DNA of 64,000 bases from Candidatus Altiarchaeota archaeon. Lineage in GTDB: Archaea > Altiarchaeota > Altiarchaeia > IMC4 > SCGC-AAA252-I15. The position numbers and the translations under genes are program-made. How positions within the stretch are numbered: the stretch's first letter is position 1; the number at the start of each line of letters is the position of its first letter. The notes beneath the pieces were generated by a model. The model saw only the letters and a list, made by a program, of their open reading frames with translations, did not search any database and had not been told where the DNA came from. The stretch is from NCBI GenBank assembly GCA_043800255.1, contig JAZDNF010000008.1:32001-96000 (forward strand). Direction: 5' to 3'. Positions 18,716 through 28,758 of the stretch are shown here, piece after piece.

Positions 18716-19063
18716 ATGGACCTCAGGGGAGTCTACACTGGCGTCAAGGCGAGCATACTGGCATCAAGCTGCTGCACTTTACCCCTCCTGCTGGTCTACG
18801 CATTCAGCCTGCTTGGCGCAGGCAGCGTAACCGCGGCGCTTGCGATACCTAGATACAAGGGCTTTTTTATAGCCGCAGGCATGGTATTCCTGGCATCCTC
18901 GCTTTACATGACCATAAAGAAGCGCTGCAGGGGAACATGCAACTTAGGGGACGTTAATGCGAACAGGAGCCTTGTGCTTGTCAGCGTCACAACATATGTC
19001 ATCCTGACAATAGTCATAATATACTATCTGCTCCCCGTTATAGCAGAACTGGTTTTCAGCTGA
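18716..19063 (+). CDS. MerT-like metal transport membrane protein
   Basis: ASSCC.LP in first TM, CxxxC loop, three TMs. Confidence 0.7.
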   Translation: MDLRGVYTGVKASILASSCCTLPLLLVYAFSLLGAGSVTAALAIPRYKGFFIAAGMVFLASSLYMTIKKRCRGTCNLGDVNANRSLVLVSVTTYVILTIVIIYYLLPVIAELVFS

Positions 19064-19137
19064 GCTCCATCAGGTTACATAGGGGATACTAGCCCATTTT
19101 TATATGCTCTTTCAATCAATAATGTTGAGGTGATATT

Positions 19138-19503
19138 ATGACAGATGATAAATGCGACGGAGACCTGTTCTGCGGCGTTAACAAGGCAAATAGTTCGAGA
19201 GTGGAGGATATGTCCGACCTCGAGAAAAAACACACTCCAGTGATTGACGTGAAAAAGGAGGGTGACGCGCTTACCGTAACCGTCAAGGTCGGCAAGCTCC
19301 TGAAGCACCCGAACGAGCACGGCCACTTCATACAGTGGATAGAACTCTACAGCGGGGAGACATTCCTCGGGCGTGTCGACTTCGCGTCAGAGAGGACCGA
19401 ACCGAGCGCAGCGTTCACCGTCAGATTAAACCACAATCATCCGCTGCGGGCGATAGGGCACTGCAACATGCACGGCACATGGGAGTCGGAAAAAGGAGTA
19501 TGA
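19138..19503 (+). CDS. sor: Superoxide reductase (neelaredoxin, class II)
   Basis: EKKHTP, HPNEHGHFIQWIEL, CNMHG. Confidence 0.92.
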   Translation: MTDDKCDGDLFCGVNKANSSRVEDMSDLEKKHTPVIDVKKEGDALTVTVKVGKLLKHPNEHGHFIQWIELYSGETFLGRVDFASERTEPSAAFTVRLNHNHPLRAIGHCNMHGTWESEKGV

Positions 19504-19513
19504 GGTGAGGACT

Positions 19514-19807
19514 ATGGGAGAGACATTCGAGGAGAAGATGGAGCAGATGGCCGAACTCTCAGACGAGGAGGTGGCCGAGAGGATAGAGGAATTGAAAGAC
19601 GTGTGCAAGAGCTACTGCGGCGAGTGCCCCAGCTACACGGGCACGGACGAGACGGAACTGGGCTTCTGCGCCATAGGCAGGAGCGAGAACATCACCGAGG
19701 AGAAGGGTTGCCTCTGCGGGAGCTGCCCCATTACGGAGAAGATGTCACTACGCTGGAGCTACTACTGCACTAGAGGCGCTGGCAGGGAGCAGGCGGCAAC
19801 AGAATAG
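19514..19807 (+). CDS. DUF2769 family Cys-rich protein
   Basis: CGECPSY, FC, GCLCGSCP, YYC; GAGGTGAGG SD. Confidence 0.8.
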   Translation: MGETFEEKMEQMAELSDEEVAERIEELKDVCKSYCGECPSYTGTDETELGFCAIGRSENITEEKGCLCGSCPITEKMSLRWSYYCTRGAGREQAATE

Positions 19808-19851
19808 CTTATCACGCTATTTAATGGATTTCATACTAATAACCCCAACAG

Positions 19852-20964
19852 GTGGTTAAGATAGCCGCTAAATCGGGGGTTGTTAATTTTCCGTTAAAGT
19901 ATCACAGAAGGCTGAGCAGAAGGTATCCATCCTATGTTATCGGCGCCGACGTTGGCGGGACGAACACATGCATTGGAGTGGCTGGCATCACAGGAGGTAA
20001 GCCGGAGCTGCTGTTCTCCTTCCATTTCAGCAGCAGGGAGCTGGATTCTCTCAGCCCGGCGCTGTCTGTGGTCTTGGATTACGCACACAGAGAGCATGGC
20101 ATACGGCTTCAGAAGGCCTGTATCGCTGCCGCAGGCCCGCCCTCAATCGGAAACGATTACTGCAAACTGACCAACCTGGACTGGAGTGTGAGCGTTAAGG
20201 ACATTCTCAGGAAGACGGGCCTGGAGTCTGCCTTCATAATAAACGATTTCGAGGCTGTGGGATACAGTGTGAATCTCTTAAGTACCGGCAGTAAGACTAT
20301 GTTCAAGGCAGGCGGCGGCCGCTCCAAAAAGTCTAAGGCTGCGAAGGCCGTATTGGGAGCAGGCACAGGCTTCGGGAAGACCATCCTAGCCTACAGTGAG
20401 TGCCACAAGGCTTACATTCCCCTCCCAAGCGAGGGAGGCCATGCCGACTTCCCCGCTCAAGACGGCGACGATATCAAACTGCTGGATTTCATCCGCGATT
20501 ACAGGAACACCAGCCAAGTCACCTGCGAGGATGTTCTGTCAGGGAGAGGCATAGAGGCAATCTGCATGTTCCTCCTTAGAGGCAAGAAGTTCAGAGGTAG
20601 CAAGTACACGGAGGAGATAGAAGACGCTGCTGATAAGGTGCCGCTGATTTCAAAGTATAGGAGGAAGGATGAAACCTGCAGGGAGACTTTCAATATTTAC
20701 TCACGATACTATGGGAGAGTTGCCAGGGACTTTGCGCTGGAGGCGCTCGCCACGGGCGGAGTGTACATTGGAGGGGGTGTCGCGCAGAAGAACAGTGAAA
20801 TATTCAGGAGCAGAGGATTCCTGAACGAATTCAGGAGGTCTGAGGCATACTCTAAACTGCTCGGCAGAATACCAGTATATGTCATAGTAGACTCTCACGC
20901 GGGCATGCTCGGAGCAGCTTACGCTGCCGTTATTAGAGACGATATTATTAAGCGAGTGGGCTGA
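19852..20964 (+). CDS. glk: ATP-dependent glucokinase (bacterial Glk family)
   Basis: DVGGTN, LTNLDW, INDFEA, GAGTGFG, SEGGH, GGVYIGGG. Confidence 0.92.
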   Translation: MVKIAAKSGVVNFPLKYHRRLSRRYPSYVIGADVGGTNTCIGVAGITGGKPELLFSFHFSSRELDSLSPALSVVLDYAHREHGIRLQKACIAAAGPPSIGNDYCKLTNLDWSVSVKDILRKTGLESAFIINDFEAVGYSVNLLSTGSKTMFKAGGGRSKKSKAAKAVLGAGTGFGKTILAYSECHKAYIPLPSEGGHADFPAQDGDDIKLLDFIRDYRNTSQVTCEDVLSGRGIEAICMFLLRGKKFRGSKYTEEIEDAADKVPLISKYRRKDETCRETFNIYSRYYGRVARDFALEALATGGVYIGGGVAQKNSEIFRSRGFLNEFRRSEAYSKLLGRIPVYVIVDSHAGMLGAAYAAVIRDDIIKRVG

Positions 20965-20971
20965 ATAGGAT

Positions 20972-21583
20972 ATGGTGGAATCCATGAGATGCTGGAGGGG
21001 CAGAATATCCGTTTGCATTATCATCCTGTCAGTACTGCTTGCGTCTGGCTGCACCAAATCAAACCCCAAAGGCGTCTCGGATGCTAATATTGCGTCATCG
21101 AACGATACCTTGAATCTGACCTCTAATGGAACGGTCAACGGTCTGAACCTGACCGGCTGGAGGGAAACACAGCTGGAGGATGTGCTGACAGGCGATGCCT
21201 TCAGGGTGAGCGACTTCGAGGGGCAGCCCGTCCTGGTCGAGAGCTTCGCAGTATGGTGTCCGACCTGCAAACAGCAGCAAGACCAGATGAACAGCCTCCT
21301 GAAGCTTGTCGTGGGCGAAGTCGTTGTCATATCATTGGACACTGATCCAAGCGAGGATGCTGGGCAGATAAAACAGCATATCGAAAAAAACGGTTACACT
21401 TGGCTTTTCGCCGTCCCACCGCCTGAGATGACAAGAGAGTTGATTAAGGAGTTCGGCGTGTCGGTTGTGAACGCCCCGGCCGCGCCTGTGATACTTGTCT
21501 GCGAGAACCAGAGCGCCAGGCTCCTGGGCAGAGGCATAAAATCGGATGAGACGCTGTTGGACGAGATCTCAAGAGGCTGCTAG
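20972..21583 (+). CDS. TlpA-like thioredoxin lipoprotein
   Basis: LASGC lipobox, WCPTC. Confidence 0.85.
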   Translation: MVESMRCWRGRISVCIIILSVLLASGCTKSNPKGVSDANIASSNDTLNLTSNGTVNGLNLTGWRETQLEDVLTGDAFRVSDFEGQPVLVESFAVWCPTCKQQQDQMNSLLKLVVGEVVVISLDTDPSEDAGQIKQHIEKNGYTWLFAVPPPEMTRELIKEFGVSVVNAPAAPVILVCENQSARLLGRGIKSDETLLDEISRGC

Positions 21584-21617
21584 TTCTGCTAATTTTATTT
21601 AAAACACAATATATAGC

Positions 21618-21782
21618 ATGGCCAAATGGAAGTGCCAGGCGTGCGAGTTCGTCTACGTCGAGGAGGATGGGCTGCCAGACCAGGGCATACTTCCTGGCAC
21701 CAAATTCAAAGAGCTTCCTGATGACTGGGTGTGCCCGCTGTGCGGCGTCGGCAAGGAGCTCTTCGAGAAGCTTGAGGGGTAG
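21618..21782 (+). CDS. Rubredoxin (54 aa, absent from ORF track)
   Basis: Manual translation [13 protein letters not shown]...[21 protein letters not shown]. Confidence 0.93.
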   Translation: MAKWKCQACEFVYVEEDGLPDQGILPGTKFKELPDDWVCPLCGVGKELFEKLEG

Positions 21783-21786
21783 GATT

Positions 21787-22263
21787 ATGGAGAACATGGA
21801 GAAGACCATCCGCGAGTATGTTGAAAGCCACAATGTCTGCACCATCGCCTTGTCAGACGGCAACAGCCCGAACGCCCACACGGTGTACTACGTCAGCCAA
21901 GGCCTCAACCTGTATTTCGAGTCCGACCCAGGCTCGCAGAAGATTCACATCCTGAAGTCCAACCCCAAGATATCCGTAACCATCAACGAGGACTATCGAG
22001 ACTGGAGGAAAATCAAGGGCATTCAACTGTTCGGTAAGGCTTATCTGAGCGATGAGAAGCACGCACCAAGCCTCCAGAAACTCTTCCTCAAGAAGTTCCC
22101 CAACCTTAATGAGATGGGCGGCATCCCGGAACATCATATTTTCGTCGAAGTCGTGCCTGAGAAGATTTATTTCCTCGACTTTGAAAAGAACTTCGGGAAC
22201 AAGAGCGTCTACTACCCTAATGAGAAGGTTTCCAGGGTAAGGTGGAATGACATCGGCAAGTGA
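21787..22263 (+). CDS. Pyridoxamine 5'-phosphate oxidase-like flavin-binding protein
   Basis: SQKIHILKSNPKIS, IKGIQLFG; start placed at MENMEK. Confidence 0.85.
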   Translation: MENMEKTIREYVESHNVCTIALSDGNSPNAHTVYYVSQGLNLYFESDPGSQKIHILKSNPKISVTINEDYRDWRKIKGIQLFGKAYLSDEKHAPSLQKLFLKKFPNLNEMGGIPEHHIFVEVVPEKIYFLDFEKNFGNKSVYYPNEKVSRVRWNDIGK

Positions 22264-22275
22264 GCGCCCGATAAG

Positions 22276-22728
22276 ATGATTCCCGACCTCGAGGTGCCGC
22301 CTGAGCTGGAGGAGAAAGCTACTGAGCGGAAGGGGGCACTCAGAATCAGAAGAATCAGCCTCTTCAAGGTTGGACTGCTCATTCTCTTGTGCACTATCCT
22401 CATCCTGGCATTCATCTACTATAATCTCAGGAACTCCGGGAAGGGCGGACTCATAGTCGAGGTTCCGCTCATATTCTCTGACGCTCTGAAACTTCCAGAA
22501 TCCTATCTGATCGTCATCAACAGCACCAGGATGTCAATCACACGTTCAACCTGCCTTGACGACACCCTGTACCCTTCGTCCGAGCCTCGGGATGCCTGCT
22601 GGCGTAGGATGGCATTAGATTCGAAGCTCCCTAAGTTCTGCGAACATATCTCAGACGCATCTCTTGAGGGAGAATGCAAGGCCGAAGTCAGAGAGCTTAT
22701 TATGGACTCGTTTTCGAACGGCAGGTAG
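22276..22728 (+). CDS. Hypothetical single-TM protein with Cys-containing C-terminus
   Basis: One TM; RDAC...CEHI...C pattern. Confidence 0.6.
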   Translation: MIPDLEVPPELEEKATERKGALRIRRISLFKVGLLILLCTILILAFIYYNLRNSGKGGLIVEVPLIFSDALKLPESYLIVINSTRMSITRSTCLDDTLYPSSEPRDACWRRMALDSKLPKFCEHISDASLEGECKAEVRELIMDSFSNGR

Positions 22729-22771
22729 GATTATGCGTTTTTATTCTGATGTAAGTAATGAATAGATTTTT

Positions 22772-24010
22772 ATGCCACTCTCGATTGTTATCCTCCTTGC
22801 TGTGTTTGTCCTGATAGCGGTGAGGAGAATAGGCAACCTCAGACTGGAGATATGGCAGATCATGCTCTTTGGCGCCTTGGCTGCACTGCTGACCGGACAG
22901 ATATCTGCGGCGGAAGCGCTCATGTCCATAAACTTGGACGTCATGCTCTTCCTGTTTGGGATGTTCGTCGTAGGCCAGGCTCTTGAAGAAAGCGGCTATC
23001 TTGCGCACATCTCATACAAGTATTTTAAGCGGGTGAAATCCGTTGACGGTCTTATACTTGCAATCCTGTTTGGCATGGGCACGGCGTCAGCATTTCTCAT
23101 GAACGACACACTGGCTATTATTGGAACGCCTGTGGTGCTGTTGCTTGCAAGGAAGCACGGCATAAGTCCTAAGGTACTGCTTCTTGCGCTTGCGTTTGCG
23201 GTGACGATAGGCAGCGTTATGAGCCCCATCGGGAACCCCCAGAACCTGTTGATTGCAGTACAGGGCGGGATAGGAAACCCGTTTCTGACGTTCTTCAAGT
23301 TTCTGCTGATACCGACAGTAGTGAACCTGTTCATGGCGTATCTCCTCTTGAAGTTCTTTTATGGGGAACACTTTCATAGCAGCTCATTGAGCCATTCCCA
23401 GGAGCCTATACGAGATCACAAGCTTGCGGTGCTTTCTAAGATTTCCCTCCTCCTGGTCGTAATCATGGTTCTTCTGAAGATGGTCGTATTTTTTGTCGGT
23501 TTGGGCTTTGAATTCGGGCTTACCTATATCGCGCTTGTTGGAATGTTACCTGTCCTGTTGAGCGGCAGGAGGCTTCATATTCTAAAATCGATAGACTGGC
23601 ATACTCTGATCTTCTTCGCCGCTATGTTCATCCTGATGGAAAGCGTGTGGGATTCCGGGTTTTTCCAAACGATTATCGATGATACGGGTTTCAGCATATC
23701 CTCCATTGGCATGATATTCGCCGTTGGCGTCATCCTGAGCCAGCTCATATCGAACGTGCCTTTGGTCACACTCTACCTGCCCCTGCTGGTACATGCAGGC
23801 GCCTCTACGAAGGAGATGTTAGCATTAGCTGCCGCCAGCACGATTGCCGGCAACCTGTCGATTTTGGGCGCAGCGAGCAATGTCATAATAGTGCAGAACG
23901 CTGAGAAGAAGTCGGGGGAGACGCTGACCTTCTGCGAGTTCGTCAGAGTCGGCGTACCGCTCACGGTATTGAATGTTGGAGTATACTGGGTTTTCCTTGT
24001 GCTTGTTTGA
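22772..24010 (+). CDS. ArsB/NhaD (SLC13-like) anion permease
   Basis: AFLMNDT, SPIGNPQN, ISNVP, GAASN. Confidence 0.9.
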   Translation: MPLSIVILLAVFVLIAVRRIGNLRLEIWQIMLFGALAALLTGQISAAEALMSINLDVMLFLFGMFVVGQALEESGYLAHISYKYFKRVKSVDGLILAILFGMGTASAFLMNDTLAIIGTPVVLLLARKHGISPKVLLLALAFAVTIGSVMSPIGNPQNLLIAVQGGIGNPFLTFFKFLLIPTVVNLFMAYLLLKFFYGEHFHSSSLSHSQEPIRDHKLAVLSKISLLLVVIMVLLKMVVFFVGLGFEFGLTYIALVGMLPVLLSGRRLHILKSIDWHTLIFFAAMFILMESVWDSGFFQTIIDDTGFSISSIGMIFAVGVILSQLISNVPLVTLYLPLLVHAGASTKEMLALAAASTIAGNLSILGAASNVIIVQNAEKKSGETLTFCEFVRVGVPLTVLNVGVYWVFLVLV

Positions 24011-24064
24011 CTGCTTTTTTAGTTGGAGGTTCAATCATCTCTTATTAGTTTTTATCTTGAGGGG

Positions 24065-24505
24065 ATGATGCGGGGCGTTAAGTTGAATCAAAGATTGAAG
24101 GACTTTTTTGACAGGACTCTTAGGGCTAAGAGGTCCCCTCATTCCATAGCATTGGGTTTTGCCATCGGCAGTTTCATCGCCATAATGCCGACGCCAGGCT
24201 TCGGGACGCTGTTAGGCCTTCTTGTAGTCTTACTTTATAAGAAGGTTAACAAGCTCTCTGTTTTCCTGGGGCTGGCATTTTGGAATCCGCTGACGCTGGT
24301 GCCGCTCTACATACTGAGTTACAAGATCGGGGACATGCTCTTAGCCCCTGTGCCCGTGGTAGACTATGATATAGGGGTGATGTACGCCGGCTACCATTTA
24401 ACGAGGCGGTTCCTGTTGGGCAACCTTATCCTCTCAACACTGTTGTCAACAGTCAGCTATGCTGCTGTGAGACTGTACGTCGAATCTCAGCAGAAGAAGC
24501 TGTGA
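24065..24505 (+). CDS. DUF2062 family membrane protein
   Basis: SPHSIALGFAIG, NPLT..PLY..SYKIG. Confidence 0.85.
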   Translation: MMRGVKLNQRLKDFFDRTLRAKRSPHSIALGFAIGSFIAIMPTPGFGTLLGLLVVLLYKKVNKLSVFLGLAFWNPLTLVPLYILSYKIGDMLLAPVPVVDYDIGVMYAGYHLTRRFLLGNLILSTLLSTVSYAAVRLYVESQQKKL

Positions 24506-24595
24506 GGAACACACAAATCTAGGATATACTCTAGACTGTCCGCAATATAGATTAAAAAAAAAGGATAATGGGCTTTTTTGCAGCCCCGCTCATCT

Positions 24596-24790
24596 TCAGA
24601 TGACTTTCACGTTTCCGGCTTTTGGCCCGCGGTCTCCTTCTACTATGTCAAATGAAACGCGGTCGTTTTCGTTGAGCGTTTTGCCGCTTTTGAGGGCGCT
24701 CTCGTGGACGAAGTAGTCTTTACCGTCGTCGCCGTTTATGAAGCCGAACCTTTTCATCCTGTTAAAGAATTTGACTGTTCCTTCAACCAT
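24596..24790 (-). CDS. csp: Cold-shock domain protein
   Basis: GTVKFFN, FGFI, DYFVH, GPKAGNV; GGAGGTGA SD. Confidence 0.93.
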   Translation of the reverse strand: MVEGTVKFFNRMKRFGFINGDDGKDYFVHESALKSGKTLNENDRVSFDIVEGDRGPKAGNVKVI

Positions 24791-24956
24791 TGTAGTATCA
24801 CCTCCATGTAATGCTTATTTTCCGCCCGAATTGGACGTTAAATCCTAGTTGGATTCTGTTAGAAACAGAAAGAACATGCGGGAACATAAGTCAACAATAG
24901 GTAAGTGTTTTTCTACCTATTAGGGTTTTATGCTTAAAAATCAAACTATCCTGTCC

Positions 24957-25481
24957 TTACAGGTCGTCCAGGGCATCTCCCAGCAATCCCCGCACCCGTT
25001 TCTTCTCATTCAGGAAGTATTGCCTCACAAGGGCCAGGTGGTATATGGGCTTGGCCATTATCTGAGCGGGGGTGGAATCAGCCAGCAGTTTCATCACCGC
25101 CTCCTGGTCCCACGAGTCCATACCCCTCTCAACTCTTATAGTCTCCGCCTTGCTGTCCAGTCTTCCGCCTTCGGATTCCCACAGCTGCTTTAACGCTGAG
25201 AAAACTTTGGAGTTGAGGTCGTCTTCCAGCTTTTTCATAGAGAGGCCGAAAATCACAGCATCGATTTCTTGTTTGCCTAGCATGTCCCCTAACTGCGGCC
25301 CGAAGGTTGCTGCACCCTCAATCAGCGAGTCTTCTGATAGCTGGGTTCGTGGTTTCCGGCCTAAAGATTTTGGCATAAGCTCTCTCAGCTTCTGGATAGG
25401 GGAGCCCTGCTTTTCCCTGTCGTCTTCTTTTTTCTTAGGCTGCCGGCGCCTGTCCTTTGGGAATTCTATCAGCTCTCCCAT
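24957..25481 (-). CDS. Hypothetical protein
   Basis: 174-aa ORF with charged N-terminus; divergent from next gene. Confidence 0.6.
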   Translation of the reverse strand: MGELIEFPKDRRRQPKKKEDDREKQGSPIQKLRELMPKSLGRKPRTQLSEDSLIEGAATFGPQLGDMLGKQEIDAVIFGLSMKKLEDDLNSKVFSALKQLWESEGGRLDSKAETIRVERGMDSWDQEAVMKLLADSTPAQIMAKPIYHLALVRQYFLNEKKRVRGLLGDALDDL

Positions 25482-25516
25482 GGTTTATTACAATGAACGC
25501 CGGGATAATATATACT

Positions 25517-26665
25517 ATGGACCGGGTTGTCTTGCGCAGGGCATCTGATGGACTCGCGCAAGAGGTCAGGCAGAACCTGGAAGCCATTGAGAGGCTGACT
25601 CCCAAGGAGGCTGGCAAATTGAAGCCTGCTGTCACGGAGGAGCTGAAAGTTGACTTGCACCATCACTTCGTGCCTTCTACGAATCCTGCCAAGCGGGCTA
25701 AACAGGTTAGGGCGTTCTGGAAGGCTGTGCAGGCGAGCGATTTGGATGCTGTCGCCGTAACAACGCACAGTGACATCGAAAGAGGCGACGTCAATCCTGA
25801 GTCCATCTATCGTGAGCTTAGGGAGGCAATGCCTGAGAAGCTCAGGAAAGGCAAGTTCAAGCTTTTGGCTGGGCTTGAAGTCCAGTGCAGACCGAATAAA
25901 ACGGAGATAGGTCTGATATCCCCTGAGCCGGACCTCCTCTATAAGGATCCCTTCTGGTATTCGATGCCCTCTGCAGATGATGTTGGGAGGAAAATAAGAG
26001 ATGACAGCAGGCTGCTTGGTTATTTGCCGCATCCTTTCTCCGGTTCTGGGGGAGCTGCTCATGGATCACACATGGGCGCGGACGAGGCTAGGAGGCTGGT
26101 GGGAGAATACGGCCTCGGCGTTGAATTCACTGGCATGTACAGGGACGGTAAGCTGCTGACGCAGCAGCCTATTTTGAGGCAGCTTTTAGGCCTTTTTGAG
26201 ATGCTGCCTCAGAAGAATAAGGTTCTGACGAAGATTGCGGCCGTGTCCGAGGGCTTCAGGCGGGCGGATGAGGAGGTGCATAGGAGCGGGCTGGCGGGTG
26301 AAGCCAGGTTCGTAACAGTCGGAGGCGACTATCATGATGCGAAAGACCTCGGCAAATCTTACATACTCGTTCCTGTGAAGAAAAAGTCCGATAAGCCGCT
26401 CAGCCAACAGTATGACATTCTGGAGAGCGGGGGCGGCATGATCCTGTTGGAGGCGAGCAAAAGCGCAGTCTCGGATGCTGCTGGCAGGCCTGCCTCAGAG
26501 GAGGAGATCATCGAAAGCATCAAAACGACAAAAGACACTGCGGAACCCCACCTGCAGGGAGAGCAGGGGAAAGACTTCAAGCTGCTCCTGAACCTGACAG
26601 CCGAATTCGCAAGAGAGACGAAAGCCAACCTCAGAGAAAAACGCCTAGTGAAAAAACAAGAATAG
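25517..26665 (+). CDS. Divergent PHP-domain metallo-hydrolase-like protein
   Basis: DLHHH, AVTTH, GLEV, PHPF, GGDYH. Confidence 0.7.
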   Translation: MDRVVLRRASDGLAQEVRQNLEAIERLTPKEAGKLKPAVTEELKVDLHHHFVPSTNPAKRAKQVRAFWKAVQASDLDAVAVTTHSDIERGDVNPESIYRELREAMPEKLRKGKFKLLAGLEVQCRPNKTEIGLISPEPDLLYKDPFWYSMPSADDVGRKIRDDSRLLGYLPHPFSGSGGAAHGSHMGADEARRLVGEYGLGVEFTGMYRDGKLLTQQPILRQLLGLFEMLPQKNKVLTKIAAVSEGFRRADEEVHRSGLAGEARFVTVGGDYHDAKDLGKSYILVPVKKKSDKPLSQQYDILESGGGMILLEASKSAVSDAAGRPASEEEIIESIKTTKDTAEPHLQGEQGKDFKLLLNLTAEFARETKANLREKRLVKKQE

Positions 26666-26846
26666 ACTCTGTCAAATCCGAATCTTGCCGAAGGTGGGAA
26701 CCTAAACATTGGTACAAGAGGAGTTAAAAACGTTAGACTGTGAGGTAACAAAAAAGACGGCATAAAATAGATTTCAGACTGATTCTACTGAAGATATTAT
26801 AGAACAATGATATAAAAAGCGTTATGTTCTTATACATAAACTGAGG

Positions 26847-27221
26847 ATGAAAGCGTTGCATAGTTTTGTTCATCAGAGTAGGGAGGGTAAGATAACTTCT
26901 TTGTCAATGTATTTGGCTGATTCTGGGCAGGCGTTGAACATGTCAGTTAGTGAGAAGATCAACGACACATCGGAGATAATCCGGGTGAAATTCAACTTGA
27001 ACGAGATCGCAGCAATGTCTAAACTAAACACTTGGTCTACCTACCACTCCTTTGAGAAGGAGGGTAAGACGTCAGAGACTCGGATAAACTGGAACACCCC
27101 CTTCTTCAGCGTTGAGAAGGAGGGTAAAAAGATCGCGATAAAATTCACCGACGCTGAAATTTATGGGTTTCAGATGACGCTGGAGACCGCATTCCAAGAG
27201 CTGATCAGAAGAGGAAAATAG
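26847..27221 (+). CDS. Hypothetical protein, possible Whirly/PC4-like fold
   Basis: Two-fold internal repeat (KFNLNEI / KFTDAEI); EKEGK twice with a 16-nt DNA repeat. Confidence 0.55.
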   Translation: MKALHSFVHQSREGKITSLSMYLADSGQALNMSVSEKINDTSEIIRVKFNLNEIAAMSKLNTWSTYHSFEKEGKTSETRINWNTPFFSVEKEGKKIAIKFTDAEIYGFQMTLETAFQELIRRGK

Positions 27222-27228
27222 ATTATTT

Positions 27229-28758
27229 CTAGTTGTTTTTAGATTCGCTGATACCTTCAAAATCGATATACCCTCGCGTGGGATCCACATTGATCAATCT
27301 AACACGAACTTTCTGTCCGACAGCCATTCTTTCCCCTCCATGCATGACCCTGCCTTCTACTGGTGGTGAGATAATCCGTACATAAGTTCCCTTTTCAGAA
27401 GCCCCGGTGACAATCCCATCAAATGAGTCCCCTAATCTATCACCCAATAATACCGCTGCCGCTGCCTTTCGCATGAAACGTTCAACCTTCTGAGCAGCTT
27501 TGTCGCGATCAGTACACCACAATGAAAGTTCAATTAACTCTTTTTGAGTATACGGACTTGATTCTTTTGCCAGAACTGATTTAAAAAGCCGTTGAAGAAT
27601 AACATCCACATAACGTCGGTTAGGGGCTGTAGCATGAGTGTAGTCCATAACGGCAAGGCCAAAATGGCCATATGAAGGCTTACCCGGCTCAAGCATGACA
27701 TATTCGCCTGCCCCCAACAACTTTACGATCGTTAAAGACAGATCAGGGAAATGTTCGGAATCAACCTCTTTTTGCCTAATGAGAAATTGTGAAAGCGCCT
27801 TTGAGTCAGGTTCAGAAGGCAAAGTCTCACCGTGGGCGACAGCGACATCCATTATACCCCTCCAGTTTCGAGGAGTGCGGACGACCCTCTGGATTACCGG
27901 AATTCCTGCTTTTTCTAAAAAATTCATCATCGTCACATTGACGGCTATCATAAGGTTCTCAATCAAGTATCGTGCTCGATTTTTCCTTTGGATTACTAAA
28001 CCTTTTACCCTCTCGTTCTCCACAACCGGTTTAGGTTCGATTGTGTCCAATTCAAGAGCCCCTTTGTCCATACGAAATTTTCTTAAACGTTGCGAGGCCT
28101 CATCCTGCAGGGCAAGTTGTTCTTCTAGCCCGGGAATTTCCCGTACGAGATGGGGAGCAGGGCCCTTCCCCTCAAGCCAGTCACCGATTTCTTCATAAAT
28201 AAGCTTTGCTTTATTGCGCACAATCGCACGGTATATGTCTCCTGAGCGGATGCTCCCGTCTAAAAGGACTGCAAACTCGATGACAACTGCCAAGCGGTCT
28301 TGGCCAGCTCGCAGAGAGGAGAGATCAGTAGACAACCTATTTGGAAGCATTGGGAAAATCTCTATCCCAGTATAAACCGATGTGCCATTTTGAACGGCAT
28401 GCTGGTCAGTTTGGGAGTTTTTTGGGGCAAACAAATCAACATCAGCAATAGCAACCTTAACCAGTATCTCTTGGTTGGAACCATGCTCACAGTATTCTAG
28501 TTGATCAAGGTCCAGAGAATCCTCATTATCGATTGAAGACCATAATAATGAACGAAGGTCTCTGGCATCATTTTGACCGCCTTTCAAAAGCTGTTTTACA
28601 TTGATAGCGTTGACTTCATTTATCACAAGCTTTGGGAATTGGGATTGGAAACCATATTTATTCATCGCCTTTCTGGCTATGGCCTTAAGGTCTAGGTTAC
28701 GGTAATTAGCGATATTTCCTATCCTCTCTCCCCCACTTTTTCGCTTAGGACGTTCCAT
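27229..28758 (-). CDS. RNB-domain exoribonuclease (RNase II/R family)
   Basis: SIDNEDSLDLDQ, VAIADV, LIENLMIA, HFGLA...YTHATAPNRRYVD, C-terminal S1; start uncertain. Confidence 0.92.
   Translation of the reverse strand: MERPKRKSGGERIGNIANYRNLDLKAIARKAMNKYGFQSQFPKLVINEVNAINVKQLLKGGQNDARDLRSLLWSSIDNEDSLDLDQLEYCEHGSNQEILVKVAIADVDLFAPKNSQTDQHAVQNGTSVYTGIEIFPMLPNRLSTDLSSLRAGQDRLAVVIEFAVLLDGSIRSGDIYRAIVRNKAKLIYEEIGDWLEGKGPAPHLVREIPGLEEQLALQDEASQRLRKFRMDKGALELDTIEPKPVVENERVKGLVIQRKNRARYLIENLMIAVNVTMMNFLEKAGIPVIQRVVRTPRNWRGIMDVAVAHGETLPSEPDSKALSQFLIRQKEVDSEHFPDLSLTIVKLLGAGEYVMLEPGKPSYGHFGLAVMDYTHATAPNRRYVDVILQRLFKSVLAKESSPYTQKELIELSLWCTDRDKAAQKVERFMRKAAAAVLLGDRLGDSFDGIVTGASEKGTYVRIISPPVEGRVMHGGERMAVGQKVRVRLINVDPTRGYIDFEGISESKNN

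Noticed and set aside
21667-21786. N-terminal extension of the PNPOx-like ORF
   Set aside because: Occupied by rubredoxin in another frame
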